Positions 1-12,884 are shown, numbered from the whole stretch's first letter. The stretch: 63,531 nt of DNA, filler included, from Reticulomyxa filosa (GCA_000512085.1; 16 parts of 16 records of this genome joined end to end with filler, not necessarily neighbours in it), one strand, 5' to 3'. The notes: a model not told the origin generated them from the letters alone. Numbers and translations are program-made.

Positions 1-78
1 CTTCTCTTTTATATATATAAATATATAAATATAAATATATATATATCTTTCCAAATAAAAAACAACAATATATCAAAC

Positions 79-574
79 TTGATGGAAATCCATCTGTCGA
101 ACTCAGTTTGCGAAGGATACTCATCTCGCGTTTAATGCTCTCCGGCACGGACTTCTTATCTGTCGCCTTTTGCGTGTTAACCAAGAATTGTGACGACACT
201 TTGATGCAACCGAGTATCGACCATGCCTTTATCTTCGCTTTGATACGCTTAGCCATAATATTCTTTCTCTCTTTTCCAATTAGTTGCTTCAACTTGTCGT
301 CATTCTTCGGATCTTCAATGTCGATCTTCCATGCTTTGCACGCATAACCTTGCAACGTCTTGGCCAGAAAGGATCCCTTTTCCCCACGCACTTCGAAACA
401 GTAGCTTTTAAATCTTTTCACTAACTTTATCTCTGTGATTGGCTTTTCAAGTCCTTTCAAATATTTTTCTTGACGCTCACTATATTGTTGATTTTTGTTT
501 GTCGTTGGTATGCTCCAGTCTGGCTCGTTTACTATCTCTTCGCTTTTTCGTTTATTTTCTTTTTCCGGCTTCAT
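79..574 (-). CDS. Ser/Thr protein kinase, N-terminal exon (runs off the window; absent from the ORF track)
   Basis: Manual translation from ATG at 574 gives MKPEKENKRK...FLAKTLQGYACKAW...GCIKVSSQFLV...PESIKREMSILRKLS. This resembles a kinase N-lobe: divergent Gly-loop, beta3 Lys (CIK) and alphaC Glu (REMSIL). A probable GT donor lies near 78. Confidence 0.65.
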
Positions 575-928
575 TTTTTCACCTTTTTTTATTTTGTTTT
601 GTTTTTTTTTGACACTCTGACCGTACTGGGACAAAATTTGTCCCATCCTTTTTGTTAATTTTGTTGTCGATATGTTAATTATGTGTACACTTAGCTAAAA
701 CGCAACACTCACTCAGAATTTATGACCATCTCAAGTAGGCTTTCTATTCCCCTTTCTTTTTTCTGAAATACTTTTCAATAATTGTTGATACAACAATGCA
801 TATTACTTTGTTTTCACCGATTTTTTTTAAAGTGCACTTATCTAGTCTAACTTGCTATAATATGGTCTAAATTTGTCACAATCTCAATTTCGAAAAGGGA
901 AAAAAAGAAAAAAAGAAAAAAAAGAGTC

Positions 929-1651
929 ATGTCATCTGGATTAAGATTTTCGCCTCAAACTCTCTTGAATATTGAAGCCTTATTAAAAAAAAGAAAACAT
1001 TTGAAGATCCCAAGCATAGGACCTGGAAGAAAGCCTCTGAAAAGAGCAGTGGTTCTAACTGCTTTGTGCAATTATCAAAAGCAATGTGCGATACTCTACA
1101 CATTAAGGACGGCCCAATTGTCACGTCATGGTGGAGAAGTATCATTTCCAGGTGGAATGCAAGACGAAAATGAAACACCACTGCAAACTGCCTTACGAGA
1201 ATTTGAAGAAGAATGTGGGGCCCCTTTGCTTCCGATATCAGGGGAAGGAGGGCTAAAGGAAAAACGAGATGCAAACAATACAAAAGACAAACCTTTTTGT
1301 CTGGGTGTGAGGGTTCTGGGGGAGTTGTTTGAAGAGGTACCAAGCAAACACGGGATCCCAGTGACCCCCATTGTATGTTTTATTGAACATTTGGACAATC
1401 AATGCAACAATAAAGATGACATATTGGCACATTTGTCACCCAATCAAAGTGAGGTAGAAAAAATTTTTTTGGTAAAAATTGAAACATTAATGAAAAAAGA
1501 AAATATTTCTTGGGATCTTTTGGATCGTGGCAGAATTCCGCGTTTTAACACTCACGAACATCCCATTTGGGGTTTGACTGGATTTCTTACTCATTGTTTC
1601 ATTAAGGATGTTTTTACGCAAGCTTTTGACTTACCACCATTCGTCATTTAG
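929..1651 (+). CDS. Nudix hydrolase, CoA pyrophosphatase type (NUDT7/NUDT8-like)
   Basis: Nudix box GGMQDENETPLQTALREFEEECG, preceded by the CoAse motif LYTLRTAQLSRHGGEVSFPGG; also NQSEV and IWGLTG motifs. Confidence 0.92.
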   Translation: MSSGLRFSPQTLLNIEALLKKRKHLKIPSIGPGRKPLKRAVVLTALCNYQKQCAILYTLRTAQLSRHGGEVSFPGGMQDENETPLQTALREFEEECGAPLLPISGEGGLKEKRDANNTKDKPFCLGVRVLGELFEEVPSKHGIPVTPIVCFIEHLDNQCNNKDDILAHLSPNQSEVEKIFLVKIETLMKKENISWDLLDRGRIPRFNTHEHPIWGLTGFLTHCFIKDVFTQAFDLPPFVI

Positions 1652-2469
1652 CTGTTCTTTTGCATATATCTTGTCGCTATGACTTGGAAGTATTTTTTCT
1701 TTTCACAAAAACAAAAGTTGATCAATGTCCATTGTAAATTTTGGTGATAGCACTTACGTTTATATTTTAAAAAAGGACATTTTTTTATGTTGTTAAGTTT
1801 TAATTTCGCTTTAGTGGCCCCAAAAAAACAAAACACTATCATTTATGTATTACATGACACGGCCCTTAAAAGGTATCATCATGAAGTGTGGGCATCGTTA
1901 TTTTCATCACTAGTTGTAGTTATTGTCTAGCCTTTTATTGAAAATCTTGTTAACAGTAGCTGTCAGTTTACAGCTAATTCCTTTAATAATCTTTCAGATT
2001 ATAGCTTTTATCTATGTAATTATCATTTCTAATTATTTCATACTTTTCGATTACTTATATTAGTTCAATATGCTAACAAAATAAATTAAGAATTGCCCGT
2101 ATAAGTTTAATTACTTAAAATGGTGTATTTTGCCAACAAAACTATATAAAAGTATATGTCTAAATATTTGTGCAGTAGAATAAAAAAAGTTGAAAGCTAA
2201 ATGATGCTTAATAAACATAATCAAAATTTTTAAGAAATACTTAAAATCGTGTAAATTTTTTTAGGACAAGCGCAATTTAAATTACAAACGTCGTGGAAAA
2301 ATGCTATAAAATTCAAAACAAAAATTTGCAAAAAATTGACAATAGTTTTTGAGTTAGGATGCCTAATTTTAATTACAAAAATTTCTTTTGAAAAACAGAC
2401 GACTCGTTTTCAAGAACATAAAAACTCCAAAGAACCTTCAAAAAAGCCACCCATACAGAGAAAAAAAAA

Positions 2470-3220
2470 ATGAGTGGTTTTTGGGAATATACAAAAGATA
2501 TTTCCTTAGTAAATCGATTTATTTTTCCCGCCCCAAAGCCAACAAGCTATAATGATTTGTCTTACCCAGATGAGTTAGTCTTTGTGCCAGGCCGTGGAAA
2601 GTTGCAAGAAAATTTTGAGTATTTCTACGGGAAGCCGATATGGGAGAGTTCAAAAGACACGGAAAAAGAGAAGCTATCAAGAAAAGAAAATGAAAAAGAA
2701 GAAATTCGCAAAAGCGAAGAAAAAGAAAGGAAAGAGAAGATCTATTGCGACGACGACAGCATTCCATGTTTATATTTGCAAAGGAAGCTCAAAATGAGTA
2801 ATCCAACGCACATTTTGTTATATTGCCATGGAAACGCAGAGGATTTGGGCAAAGTGTACCCCATACTGGACTACTTGCGAATCAAGCTGCCTGTAAACAT
2901 AATAGCACCGGAATATCCGGGCTATGGAATAGCCAAAGGGACTCCTCATGAGAACTCGGTGACGGACGCGGTGTTGGGCGTATACGAGTTCATCATAAGT
3001 CCATTGGGATTGAATATCCCAACACAACGAGTGATCGTGTATGGGTTTTCAATAGGCACAGGAGCGGCGTTGGGAGCATTGGCGAAGATATCTAGCGAGC
3101 AAGTACAGAGAATATTGACGGGAGAGATGTATGGAAGAAAGGAAGAAATGAAGACAAATGATGATGGCAGTGATAATTATAATAGTGACAATAATGATAA
3201 TAATAATGATAATAATAATG

Positions 3221-3254
<34 letters not shown>

Positions 3255-4365
3255 CAATAATAATAATGACAATAATAATAACAATAATAATAACAATAAT
3301 AATAACAATGACAATGACAATGATAGCGATGCCACCGATGATATGTTCACCTCCGCATCTGCGTCGTTATCCTTGTCGTCGTCTACTCACGACACGGGGG
3401 AAAGCGGAAATGGAGTCTGCTTCCCGGATAATGTAATTGAAAGCATCGACATGAGTCAGACGACGAACACGGACAGCAAAAGCGAAGACAACAACAAGGG
3501 GAATGGCAAAAGCACAAGTGTGCCCATCGATCCTTTTGCCAAACTGCCTTTTGGACAATTGGTGAACATGCTAAAGAAGGCAGATATTGAAATTCCAGAG
3601 TCTTGCAGCAAACAGGAGCTATTAGAACTGGCGAGGACGCACGAGTTGATTCCCTCTCTCAAATGCTGTGTGGACAGCAATCGCACTCCGAAATACGCTC
3701 TGCTCGTGCTGGTGTGTCCTTTCACAAGCATTGTCAAGGTCGTTTCTGACAAAGTGGGCACTTGGACAAGTTATCTGTTGGCTGATCGATTCGACAATCT
3801 CGAACGCATTTCTCAAATCCACGGACCTCTGTTGATTATCCACGGTAGCGACGACTCGATTATCCCTTGTCAGCATTCCCAAGTGCTGCACAGTCAAGCC
3901 AAAAAGCATGACATTGTCACTGATTTGCAAATCTTGGACAAGTGCGATCACAACACTATGGATTTGCGACGCATTGTGCAACACATTCGGCAATTCTTTG
4001 CGTGGCAATTCGAAACTGCTCGCAAAAAAGATAGAGTGACACGTTTGAAGAACGACCCTCAATTCATTGATTTCATTTCTCAGCAGCAGCACGAGGAATG
4101 GATTGACGAAGACATGGAAGCCTATTTTGTCAAATTAAAAGGCACCAACTTTTCACAAGAACACGCTGATGAAAAAAATCAAATCAAAGATAGTAATCCC
4201 TTGCGAGATACGCACGATGAGGACTCTCCACATCCCGTCCCACTTCCTCGTATTCTTAACGCCCCCAATTCCGACAAAACTGAACTTTGCCAAGTTCGAA
4301 TCCCTGCTTATGCTTTTTTGCGTCCAGACCCCAACATTCCAATTACACAAGATGAGCATCCTTAG
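2470..4365 (+). CDS. Alpha/beta hydrolase, ABHD17/ABHD13-like, with a long low-complexity insertion
   Basis: LLYCHGNAEDLG, EYPGYG, nucleophile elbow GFSIG, LIIHGSDDSII and CDHN give a Ser-Asp-His triad. Confidence 0.9.
3173..3322 (+). repeat. (AAT/AAC/GAT)n coding microsatellite encoding poly-Asn/Asp
   Basis: Directly visible trinucleotide run within the hydrolase ORF. Confidence 0.95.
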
Positions 4366-4751
4366 TTATTTTTTTTTTTGAGCATTTATGCTGTGTGTCT
4401 ATTTTTTTTATTTTATATTTCATTTCACTTTTTTGAATCTAATTTCTCACAACACTCTGATTGTAAAAATGTACGACCAAAAGAGACTTTGAGGTAGTGT
4501 ATAACGAGAGTAAGCACGCTTTAGAAACTCGAGCATTTTTCTCGGTAATTGTCTCTTTCAATATTGTTATCAAGTTTTTAAACTCTCAAAAGGGGTTGCT
4601 TTCAAGTCCGTTGGTTTTTTTTGGATCGACTCAGAATCAATGGTTGTGCAACAAATATCAAATGTTTGCCGAATTTGTTTGTCTTTTTTTAAAAGAGCCG
4701 AGTTCTCAACACTTAAATAACTCCCACCAACGGAAAAAAAAAATTTTTGAA

Positions 4752-5294
4752 TTAGAAATTTGCTTTGTCATTTTTTTGCGGTTTCGTTAGGTATGTACGT
4801 TTTTTACACTGTTTCCAATCGATTGGAAATTTAATTATTCTTGGTTTTTCTTGTAAGATCACCCGTTTAATCTTGGTGACATCGATCGGTTTTGTTTTCT
4901 TGGTCGGGTCATTTTTTGCCGCGTTTACACTGTCATCTTTTTCATATTCATTGGAAACATAGTAACCAATTCGAATAAATTCTTGATCCTCAAAGGAGCA
5001 TGTGAGAAAGACAACAGTAACCTCTAATAAATCGCTTTGTGGTATTTTAGTAACATCAGGAGCAGGTGCTTCGAAAACAAATTGAGATTTTCCTGTATTT
5101 ATCGGACCAACATATATCGAATCCAACTCCTGATCTTTTCCTTCATCATCAGCACATCCGACGTAAATAAGTTTCCATACTAAATCTCCTGTTATCCCCG
5201 GTGAAGCACACTCAAGGGTAACTAAAAATTTGAACGGATCCGTAAATTTGCTCGGATTTGACAATACTTTTACACTTGCTACTTCCACGCTCAT
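4752..5294 (-). CDS. ASF1: Histone H3/H4 chaperone ASF1
   Basis: VKVLSNPSKFTDPFKFLVTLEC, WKLIYVG, DQELDSIYVGP, FVFEAPAPD and EFIRIGYYVSNEY match the ASF1 core. Confidence 0.97.
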   Translation of the reverse strand: MSVEVASVKVLSNPSKFTDPFKFLVTLECASPGITGDLVWKLIYVGCADDEGKDQELDSIYVGPINTGKSQFVFEAPAPDVTKIPQSDLLEVTVVFLTCSFEDQEFIRIGYYVSNEYEKDDSVNAAKNDPTKKTKPIDVTKIKRVILQEKPRIIKFPIDWKQCKKRTYLTKPQKNDKANF

Positions 5295-5746
5295 TGCAAT
5301 ATAATAGAAACGTAGCGCTAACTATGATCTTAATGGTAACCAAGAGAAATGATTATTTATTGAAAAACTCACGCTTATTTGTTTACAGAGGTTGACACCA
5401 AACACAAAACTTATATGAAATATCAATAACGCGTGTGCTTTAAAAAAATTCCAGAGAGCGTAATGCAAATGTAATTGCTCATAAAGTTAGCAGACATCAA
5501 ATTATCAGCTGCAAAAAAAAATGTGCTTTGTCTTTTTTTGCAAAAAGTGTTAAATCACACAATTCACAAGTTTGGCTACAAATAACAGGGATCATTAATG
5601 AAATGAAAAATTTTGTAAATCAATTCACAAGTCGTAAACAAAACGTAACAATTTATTTTTTAAAAAAATCGAGTTTGTTGACTGCAGCAAAGGCTACCAA
5701 AAAAGGCTGAAGTTTTTTTTTGTTGCAGTTTTGCGGTTGTTGAATA

Positions 5747-6262
5747 ATGTTCTTTCTTAACCGCTTCAAAAAAAGAAATGTAGCCAACAACGTTTGGCGC
5801 TTTGGTGTGGGACCTGACTTGCATTCTTACTCTGGGAGTTGTTATTGCGGAAATGTTGGATTTGAGTACTTTACGAAAACCAAAAGACAAGAATGGCAAA
5901 TAAGAGAGTGTCAATGTACATTTTGTCGAAAACACGCATCAAAAAATGTGGCAGATCCCAATGGGTATTTAAATGTCTTTGTAAAGAATAAAAAGGAACT
6001 TTCTAAATTCCAATTTGGACTGAAAACCTCGTGGTTTTGGATCTGTCGAAATTGTGGAGTGTACACTCACGCAACTACGAATGACGATAAGTTTGCAACA
6101 ATCAACGTTAATGCATTACCCCAGTTAAAAGAAAAAAGTGAAACCAATGGCCCAACAAAGCAGTCAGTCCCTGTTGTTTATGACAGTGAGAATGAGGAAG
6201 AAAGAGTAAATAGGAGACAAAAAAATTGGACGCCAGTTCGGTCCATTACTTTTTCTAAATAA
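5747..6262 (+). CDS. GFA / CENP-V-like zinc-binding protein
   Basis: GSCYCGNV, CQCTFCRK, CRNCG and INVNAL motif pattern. Confidence 0.9.
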   Translation: MFFLNRFKKRNVANNVWRFGVGPDLHSYSGSCYCGNVGFEYFTKTKRQEWQIRECQCTFCRKHASKNVADPNGYLNVFVKNKKELSKFQFGLKTSWFWICRNCGVYTHATTNDDKFATINVNALPQLKEKSETNGPTKQSVPVVYDSENEEERVNRRQKNWTPVRSITFSK

Positions 6263-7188
6263 AATTATTAATGATGTAGTTTTAATTAAAATATTAAAAG
6301 TAAACTTGATAAATACAAAATGCGATATATCCAAAGAAATTAAAATAATGTTTTTCGCATGTAAAGTTCAACACTTCTTCCAAGCGTGTGAAAAGTATTA
6401 ATCAGTTTGTTAAAGAACAATTGAAAACAAGTAAAACCAAAGATGGCAATTGAAGAATATAAGGGAACGTGGTCTTCTCCTTCCAACAAAACAAACAAAA
6501 AATTCTAGCAATTTTAAGTGCAGGTATATGCTCAGTTCCCGAAGTTTTAGAGCTTGTATTGGAAAGATCAATTCACGTAAGAAGCTTATGTATATGTGTC
6601 TTAGTTTAAGGATGTGTTTCTATGTTGTTTAAAACGACCAAAGATGCCAATATCTTTTCTTGTGTTGGTTCAAACTATTTCTCAAATGGTGACTTTACGG
6701 GATGTAGTTTATTCAAATGTGGATATTGACCAGGTTCTGCAATTGGAATATTTGCTTCTGCAATATGAATATACGTTCGAAATAATGTTGACAATTTCAC
6801 AAGCCAACAAAATATTTCATTTATTTAAATTCATGATTTGCTTTCCACAACTGATAAGCCATTGTCAGATTATGTTCTGGAAACTTACTATTCTATATCA
6901 CAAATTTCTGAAACATTTAAAAAAAGAAAAATCCTTCATCATCGAGATAAATTTTTTTAAAAAAAGGTATATTTTGAAGGAAGACAAGCAAAGAACAACT
7001 AGATACTGCAACATCTAGCAGTATCTGAAAGAAGTTCGAAGTTAATCTTCGATTATTAACAACGATTTCGTCGTCAGCAAGATTGTGGCGAAAACAGAAA
7101 TAAAGACAAAGATACAAAGAAAATACTTTCAAACTACAAAAAAGAATTTTTTTTTTATCGTGATAAAAAATCTTTTTTACTAGTTGAA

Positions 7189-7288
7189 NNNNNNNNNNNN
7201 NNNNNNNNNNNNNNNNNNNNNNNNNNNNNNNNTTAATTAATTAANNNNNNNNNNNNNNNNNNNNNNNNNNNNNNNNNNNNNNNNNNNN
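7189..7288. other. Artificial contig linker, first of 15 (others start at about 9339, 13954, 16095, 19116, 31153, 34986, 36165, 40180, 41280, 46006, 53610, 56874, 59698 and 61012)
   Basis: Identical N-TTAATTAATTAA-N blocks, with stop codons in all six frames. Confidence 0.98.
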
Positions 7289-7319
7289 GATAGCGTCCAG
7301 AGGACGCGAAAAGAAATAC

Positions 7320-8390
7320 CAAGAAAGTATTGGCACCAATGACAGGGATGACCCAGACGACAAAAAATGACACCAATAACAGGAATGACTCCAATGATAG
7401 GAATGCCACCAATGGCAGAAATAACACAAATGACAGTGATGACACTAATGCCAGAAAAATGCCAATGGTAAGAATGACAGGAATGACACCAATGACAGTA
7501 ATAACACCAATTGCAGGAATGACACAAATAACACAAATACAGGAATGACACCAATGATATAAATAATACCAATTACAAAAATAATACTAATAACAGGAAT
7601 GACGCAAATTGCAGGAATGACACCAATTACAGGAATGACAACAATTACAGGAATGACACCAATAACAGCGATTACAGCAATAACAGGGATGACACCAATG
7701 CCAGAACCAATGCCAATGACAAGAATGACAGGAATGACACAAATGTCAGTAATGATACCAATAACAGGGATGACACAAATGACAGGAATGACTTCAATAA
7801 CAGGAATGACACAAATGACAAAAATAATACCAATGCCATAAATAACACAAATGATAGGAATGACCAATAATATGAACGATACCAAAGATAGGAATGACAC
7901 AGATGACAGAAATGATAAAAATGCCAGGAATGACACCAATGATATGAATGACTAACAACAGGGATGACACCAATGACAGAAATGATACCAATAACAGGAA
8001 TAACACCAATGACAGAAACGATACCAATAACAGGAATGACACCAATTGCAAAAATGACACAAATGCCAAAAAAACACCAATAACAGGGATGACACAAATG
8101 ATAGGAATAACATTAATACAGGAATGACACCAATGTCATGAATAATATCAATGACAGAAATGACACCAATGACAAGAGCGATACCAATGCCAGGAATGAC
8201 ACAAAATTAAGAGATGTCACATGAGCCAGGAATGACGCAATAACCAGGAATGACACAGGAATTAGTGGTGACATATGAGCTATTGATGACATATAAAATA
8301 GAAATGACAAAAAAAACACGAATGACACAGGAATTAGTAATGAGCCAGTGATGATGCAGGGCCATTGATGGCACAGTAGCCAGTGACGAC
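7320..8390. repeat. Degenerate 9/18-nt period minisatellite (consensus about AATGACAGG AATGACACC)
   Basis: Dozens of caggaatgacaccaat variants; short repetitive ORFs in several frames are broken by stops and frameshifts. Confidence 0.9.
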
Positions 8391-9438
8391 ACATATTCCA
8401 TTTTCCAACCAGTTGTCATTGACAGACAATAAGATTTATCTGTTCATGTTGGTGCTGTTGTTGATGATATGAAAGCCATAACTGCAGGACATGATTAATG
8501 ATGATATGATAATGTTGATGCAAAAAAATAAATGTGCCTTTTCTATCAATAAGAGGGACTTCCTAAAATTATTTTGACGATATTCATATCAAAATTTGGT
8601 TATGATTTATGATTGAATATACAAATTACAAAACATTCATCAAAAGCTACTATTTTAAATATTTTGATTAAATTAAGAATATAAGATCACACAATGACAA
8701 ACACCAACATTCTGTAACGCTTTTAAAAATTTTTAAGTAATGTTTTTGACAAAATTGTCATTAATTATGTTATGATATTTTTTTGTTTTATTTATCTTTC
8801 ATTCAAATAAAAATTAATGTTTAAATATTTGACACACAAATCTAATTGTGTCATTTGCTCTAGATTGTATGATAAAACCGTTGATATATAAAATATTGAC
8901 AACAACAAATTCAATTATTCAAGCAATGTGTTTTGTGCAAAATTTTCAAGTTTTTTTTTTGAAAATTTTTGTGTTTGGCTGCTTTTATGCATTTTACTTT
9001 TTATTATTACTTTGATTAGAGTTATGTCTTGTTTATTCTCTGAGATTGTTATAATGATGAAAATAATATTCATTTTGAAAAAGAAAATCTTTTGAAAGTT
9101 TTTGACTGATTTATTGAAAAAATTTTTGCTTAAATCATGACGAAAACGGAAAAAAATTAACCGAATATTCCAAAAAATCTACAAAATTTCTGTTTTACTA
9201 GTTAAGTTTCTTATGATACTTTTTTCAAGTTTAAAATTGTTCGGGGCTCCACCCTAAACTAAGTTTAAAATAAAAAATATTTTATAAGATATTGCCAAAT
9301 TTTTTTCAAAACAACAGATTTTGCAAGTAGGGAAGTAANNNNNNNNNNNNNNNNNNNNNNNNNNNNNNNNNNNNNNNNNNNNTTAATTAATTAANNNNNN
9401 NNNNNNNNNNNNNNNNNNNNNNNNNNNNNNNNNNNNNN

Positions 9439-9469
<31 letters not shown>

Positions 9470-9470
9470 G

Positions 9471-10126
9471 ATAGTGTATGGTGGACAAGTGAACGAACGC
9501 GAACGATATATTGCGCCGACAATTTTGGCAGATGTGACACCCGATGATCCAATCATGCGAGATGAGGTGTTTGGACCAATCTTGAGTGTCATGCCCGTCG
9601 ACGATGTTCAAAAGGATTCCATTCCTTTCATTTTGTCTCGCGAAAAACCCCTCAGCTTGTACATTTTTAGTAAAAATAAAGAATTCATCAATCGGGTGGT
9701 CGATCGCACTGACGCCGGAGGGGTCACCATCAACGATGTCGTCATGCATTTTGCATGTTTGCTTTTCTTTTTTCTTTTTTTTCCCCAATTTGTTTGCATA
9801 TTGATGTTTAATAGTCCAAACAATCAAATAAACAAATAAAAAAAGTCAATGGATTCCCGTTTGGTGGCACCGGAGCATCAGGAGTTGGTGCTTATCACGG
9901 AGAGTATTCCTTCAAGTGCTTTTCCCATGAAAAGCCCGTATTGTTTAAATACTCAGGAGGAGAGTTTTTAAACGATGTACGATATCCTCCTTTCACGGAG
10001 AAAAAATCAAATGCTTATCGTATTGCCACTGAAGAAAAAATTGGATCTTCCAACAAACTTGCTACTTCGGCAGCAATTGCTGGTGCATTAGGTCTTGCTG
10101 GGTATTACTTGCAATCCAGGTTGTAA
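9471..10126 (+). CDS. Aldehyde dehydrogenase family 3 (fatty aldehyde dehydrogenase-like), C-terminal exons 9471-9756 and 9846-10126
   Basis: [29 protein letters not shown]; the spliced junction reads [22 protein letters not shown]; hydrophobic C-terminal anchor. Confidence 0.93.
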
Positions 10127-10559
10127 CAACTTGGATTTTATTTTTTTTTTAAAATGGATTCACTATGCCTTGGTTGGTTGTTGATTATATCTACAAGTTT
10201 GTTATAATCTTTATCCTATCATCCTTTATTCAGTCAAATTTTTTATTCCCTTTTTTTTGTAAAATACCAACCAATATTAAAAGCTTTTGGTGAACTTGAA
10301 ATTACATCAATTATTTTACTTTATTTCTGTTGAAAAACACAGTGGTTTCTTTTCATTTTTGAACGAAAACAAAACTTGGACATAACGATCCAAATGGAAA
10401 TTGCTATAGCCAAAAAAAAAAATGTTTTGTTATTAACTAGAAACAATTTTGTCAAAAAGCAATTATTTTATTTTACACTTTTTTTTCAGTCCACATTTGC
10501 TTTATCTTTATAAATAAATCCATCACATTCCAATACAAACATTACATCCAATTTCAAAT

Positions 10560-11220
10560 GCAAATTAACAATGATGGATTTTTTTTCAATAGGCTATTCC
10601 ACAAAAATAGAGTCGAAATGGTATTTCTGTACAAAAGAAATCGAATATCCATATTGATGGAAATGTGCATGTGGTCAACTGCAATAATTAAAATTCAAGA
10701 AAATGCGGCAATTACACATAACTATTTATTATAAAAAATGCAATTGCTAATCAGCAAGCAATGAAATGATCGATTTCTTCAATTCAATGGAATATCCTTG
10801 TACATCATGATATTTCTGTGCAACACAATTCAATGTTTCGCAAAGAGACTGTATGATAATGCGCTTGCGTATTCGAAAAATATTTGCATGTTTGTGCTGG
10901 GCAAAGGAGCATATGACAAAACATTGGAATCAGATTGAAAATTTTCGGATACAGTTGTGTCAGTGTTGCGACTTCATATTACAACGTTGGACTTGATGCA
11001 AAAAAATCACAGAGCGACAAAGCAATAAACTTCCATAAAAATACATTAAAACCAGATTGCAAATCTTTGGAGCCAATCATCCTAGTATAGCTCAGTCGTA
11101 CAGCAATTTAGGAATTATATTTGAAAAGAAATAAAAGTATAACAAAACGATTGAGTCTTATGAAAAATCATTACAAGTCTGATTGACAATTTTTGGAATG
11201 ATAAAATAGCGTTGGAGTCT
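10560..11220 (+). pseudogene. Degenerate TPR-repeat (kinesin light chain-like) gene remnant
   Basis: Fragments such as VATSYYNVG, DKAINFH and FGANHPSIAQSYSNLGIIFEKK*KYNKTIESYEKSLQV*, with many stops. Boundaries are approximate. Confidence 0.75.
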
Positions 11221-11693
11221 TTGAATAAATTCAACACAGTAGTAAGCTTATCCAAAAAAAAAACTAAAATAACCTACTCAATATATTTCTATTGATTGAA
11301 ATATCAATACATTGTCCCTGTAATAAATATTATTTCATTTCCAACTTGAATATTTCACACTTAGCACATTTTTAAAAAATTGTGTTACATTCACCAAAGC
11401 ATCCAATTATCAATTTTCGATTTTACTTTTTTTTCATTAGAATAGGTAATCTCTCGTTTCTTTCTTATCTGTTTCCGATTGCAACATTATTGCAAAAATT
11501 TAAAGAATACAAATATAGAGTTTTTTGACAAATAATTGATCGTTATTCTTGAAATATAAACATTGAAAGATGATTATCGAGTATCAAACAAGAAAATTGA
11601 ATTATTTAATGTTCCTCGCTCTTTCTTTTACAAATGAAAAAAAAAAAAAAAATTTTGTGAAAGGATATATTTTCTGTGCTCTAAATGTTTAAG

Positions 11694-12884
11694 TTACTGC
11701 CAAATTCGAATAGTCCTATCAGAAGAACATGATACAATTTTATTTCCATCTGGCGAAACATCGATTCCAATTACCCAATCAGAATGTCCTTCTAATCTTT
11801 GTATTTCATTTCCTGATTGTACATTCCACAATCGAATTGTTTTATCAGTTGAACAAGAAACAATAGTTTGACCATCTGGGAAGTATTTTACATCGCTAAC
11901 ATCACCAGAATGTCCTTCTAAAATTTTTAATTGTTCACCCGTTTCTACATCCCATATTCGAATAGTTGTATCCCACGAACATGAAACAATACATTTGCCA
12001 TCAGGAGAAAATATCGCACGTCTTACAAAACCAAAATCTCCTTTCAATTGTTTCAACATCTGACCTGATTGCTCATTTTGTATGCAAATAGTCTTATCAA
12101 CAGATGATACAATAAATTTACCATCAGGTGAAAATCTCACACTAAATACAGGACATATATGAATAGATATTCGTTTTATAACATTACCAGATTTCAAATC
12201 CCATAAGCGTATTATTTTGTCAGCTGAGCCTGATACAATCTTACCACCATCTGGAGAAAAATTTATATCGTGCACTTCTCTAAAATTTCCATCCAATTTT
12301 TTTAGCTCTTTACTTGATTTTGCATTCCATATTCGAATTGTTTTATCCCATGAACATGACACAATTGTACGTCCATCTGGTGAAAATTCTGCAGTATTTA
12401 CCCAATCTAAATGTCCTTTCAACACTTTTGTTTGTTCTCCTGATACAACATCCCATATACGAATTGTTTTATCTCGTGACGATGAAATAACTTTATTACC
12501 ATCTGGTGAAAATTTTACACTTTTTACTACGTTTTCATGTCCTTGTAAAATCTTATCTACTTCAAAATAATTGATCTGATAATGTTGCATTGATAAACAT
12601 TTTTTTACTTACATATAAAACATAATAAACAAAATATACACATATACATATATATTTATAATCTTAACATATTTAACGACGATTTTGTCAAATTCAGTAA
12701 TCCATCCCGACTTAACACTTAAATTTCGAAGCCAATTTTCGATTATTAATTGCATTTTTTTTTCTTTCTTTTTTTTTTTTTTTGTTTAAGACTTATCAGT
12801 TACTTTAGTTTCAAAAGACAAGAGGGTTTTCTTTGTTACCGAATATGTTTGCAGTTTGTTTTCAGTTGCTGTTCTATTTCCCAT
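11694..12884 (-). CDS. WD40-repeat protein of a lineage-expanded family (3 exons)
   Basis: Seven GH...FSPDG...DxTIRxWD repeats; upstream exons encode MGNRTATENK... and MQLIIENWLRNLSVKSGWITEFDKIVVKY. Confidence 0.92.

Noticed and set aside
6450-7132. Possible decayed gene after the GFA gene
   Set aside because: It has some coding-like fragments but no recognisable family or continuous frame.
10560-11220. Stop-codon reassignment suggested by in-frame stops
   Set aside because: The stops co-occur with frameshifts in decayed loci, while conserved genes read cleanly in the standard code.
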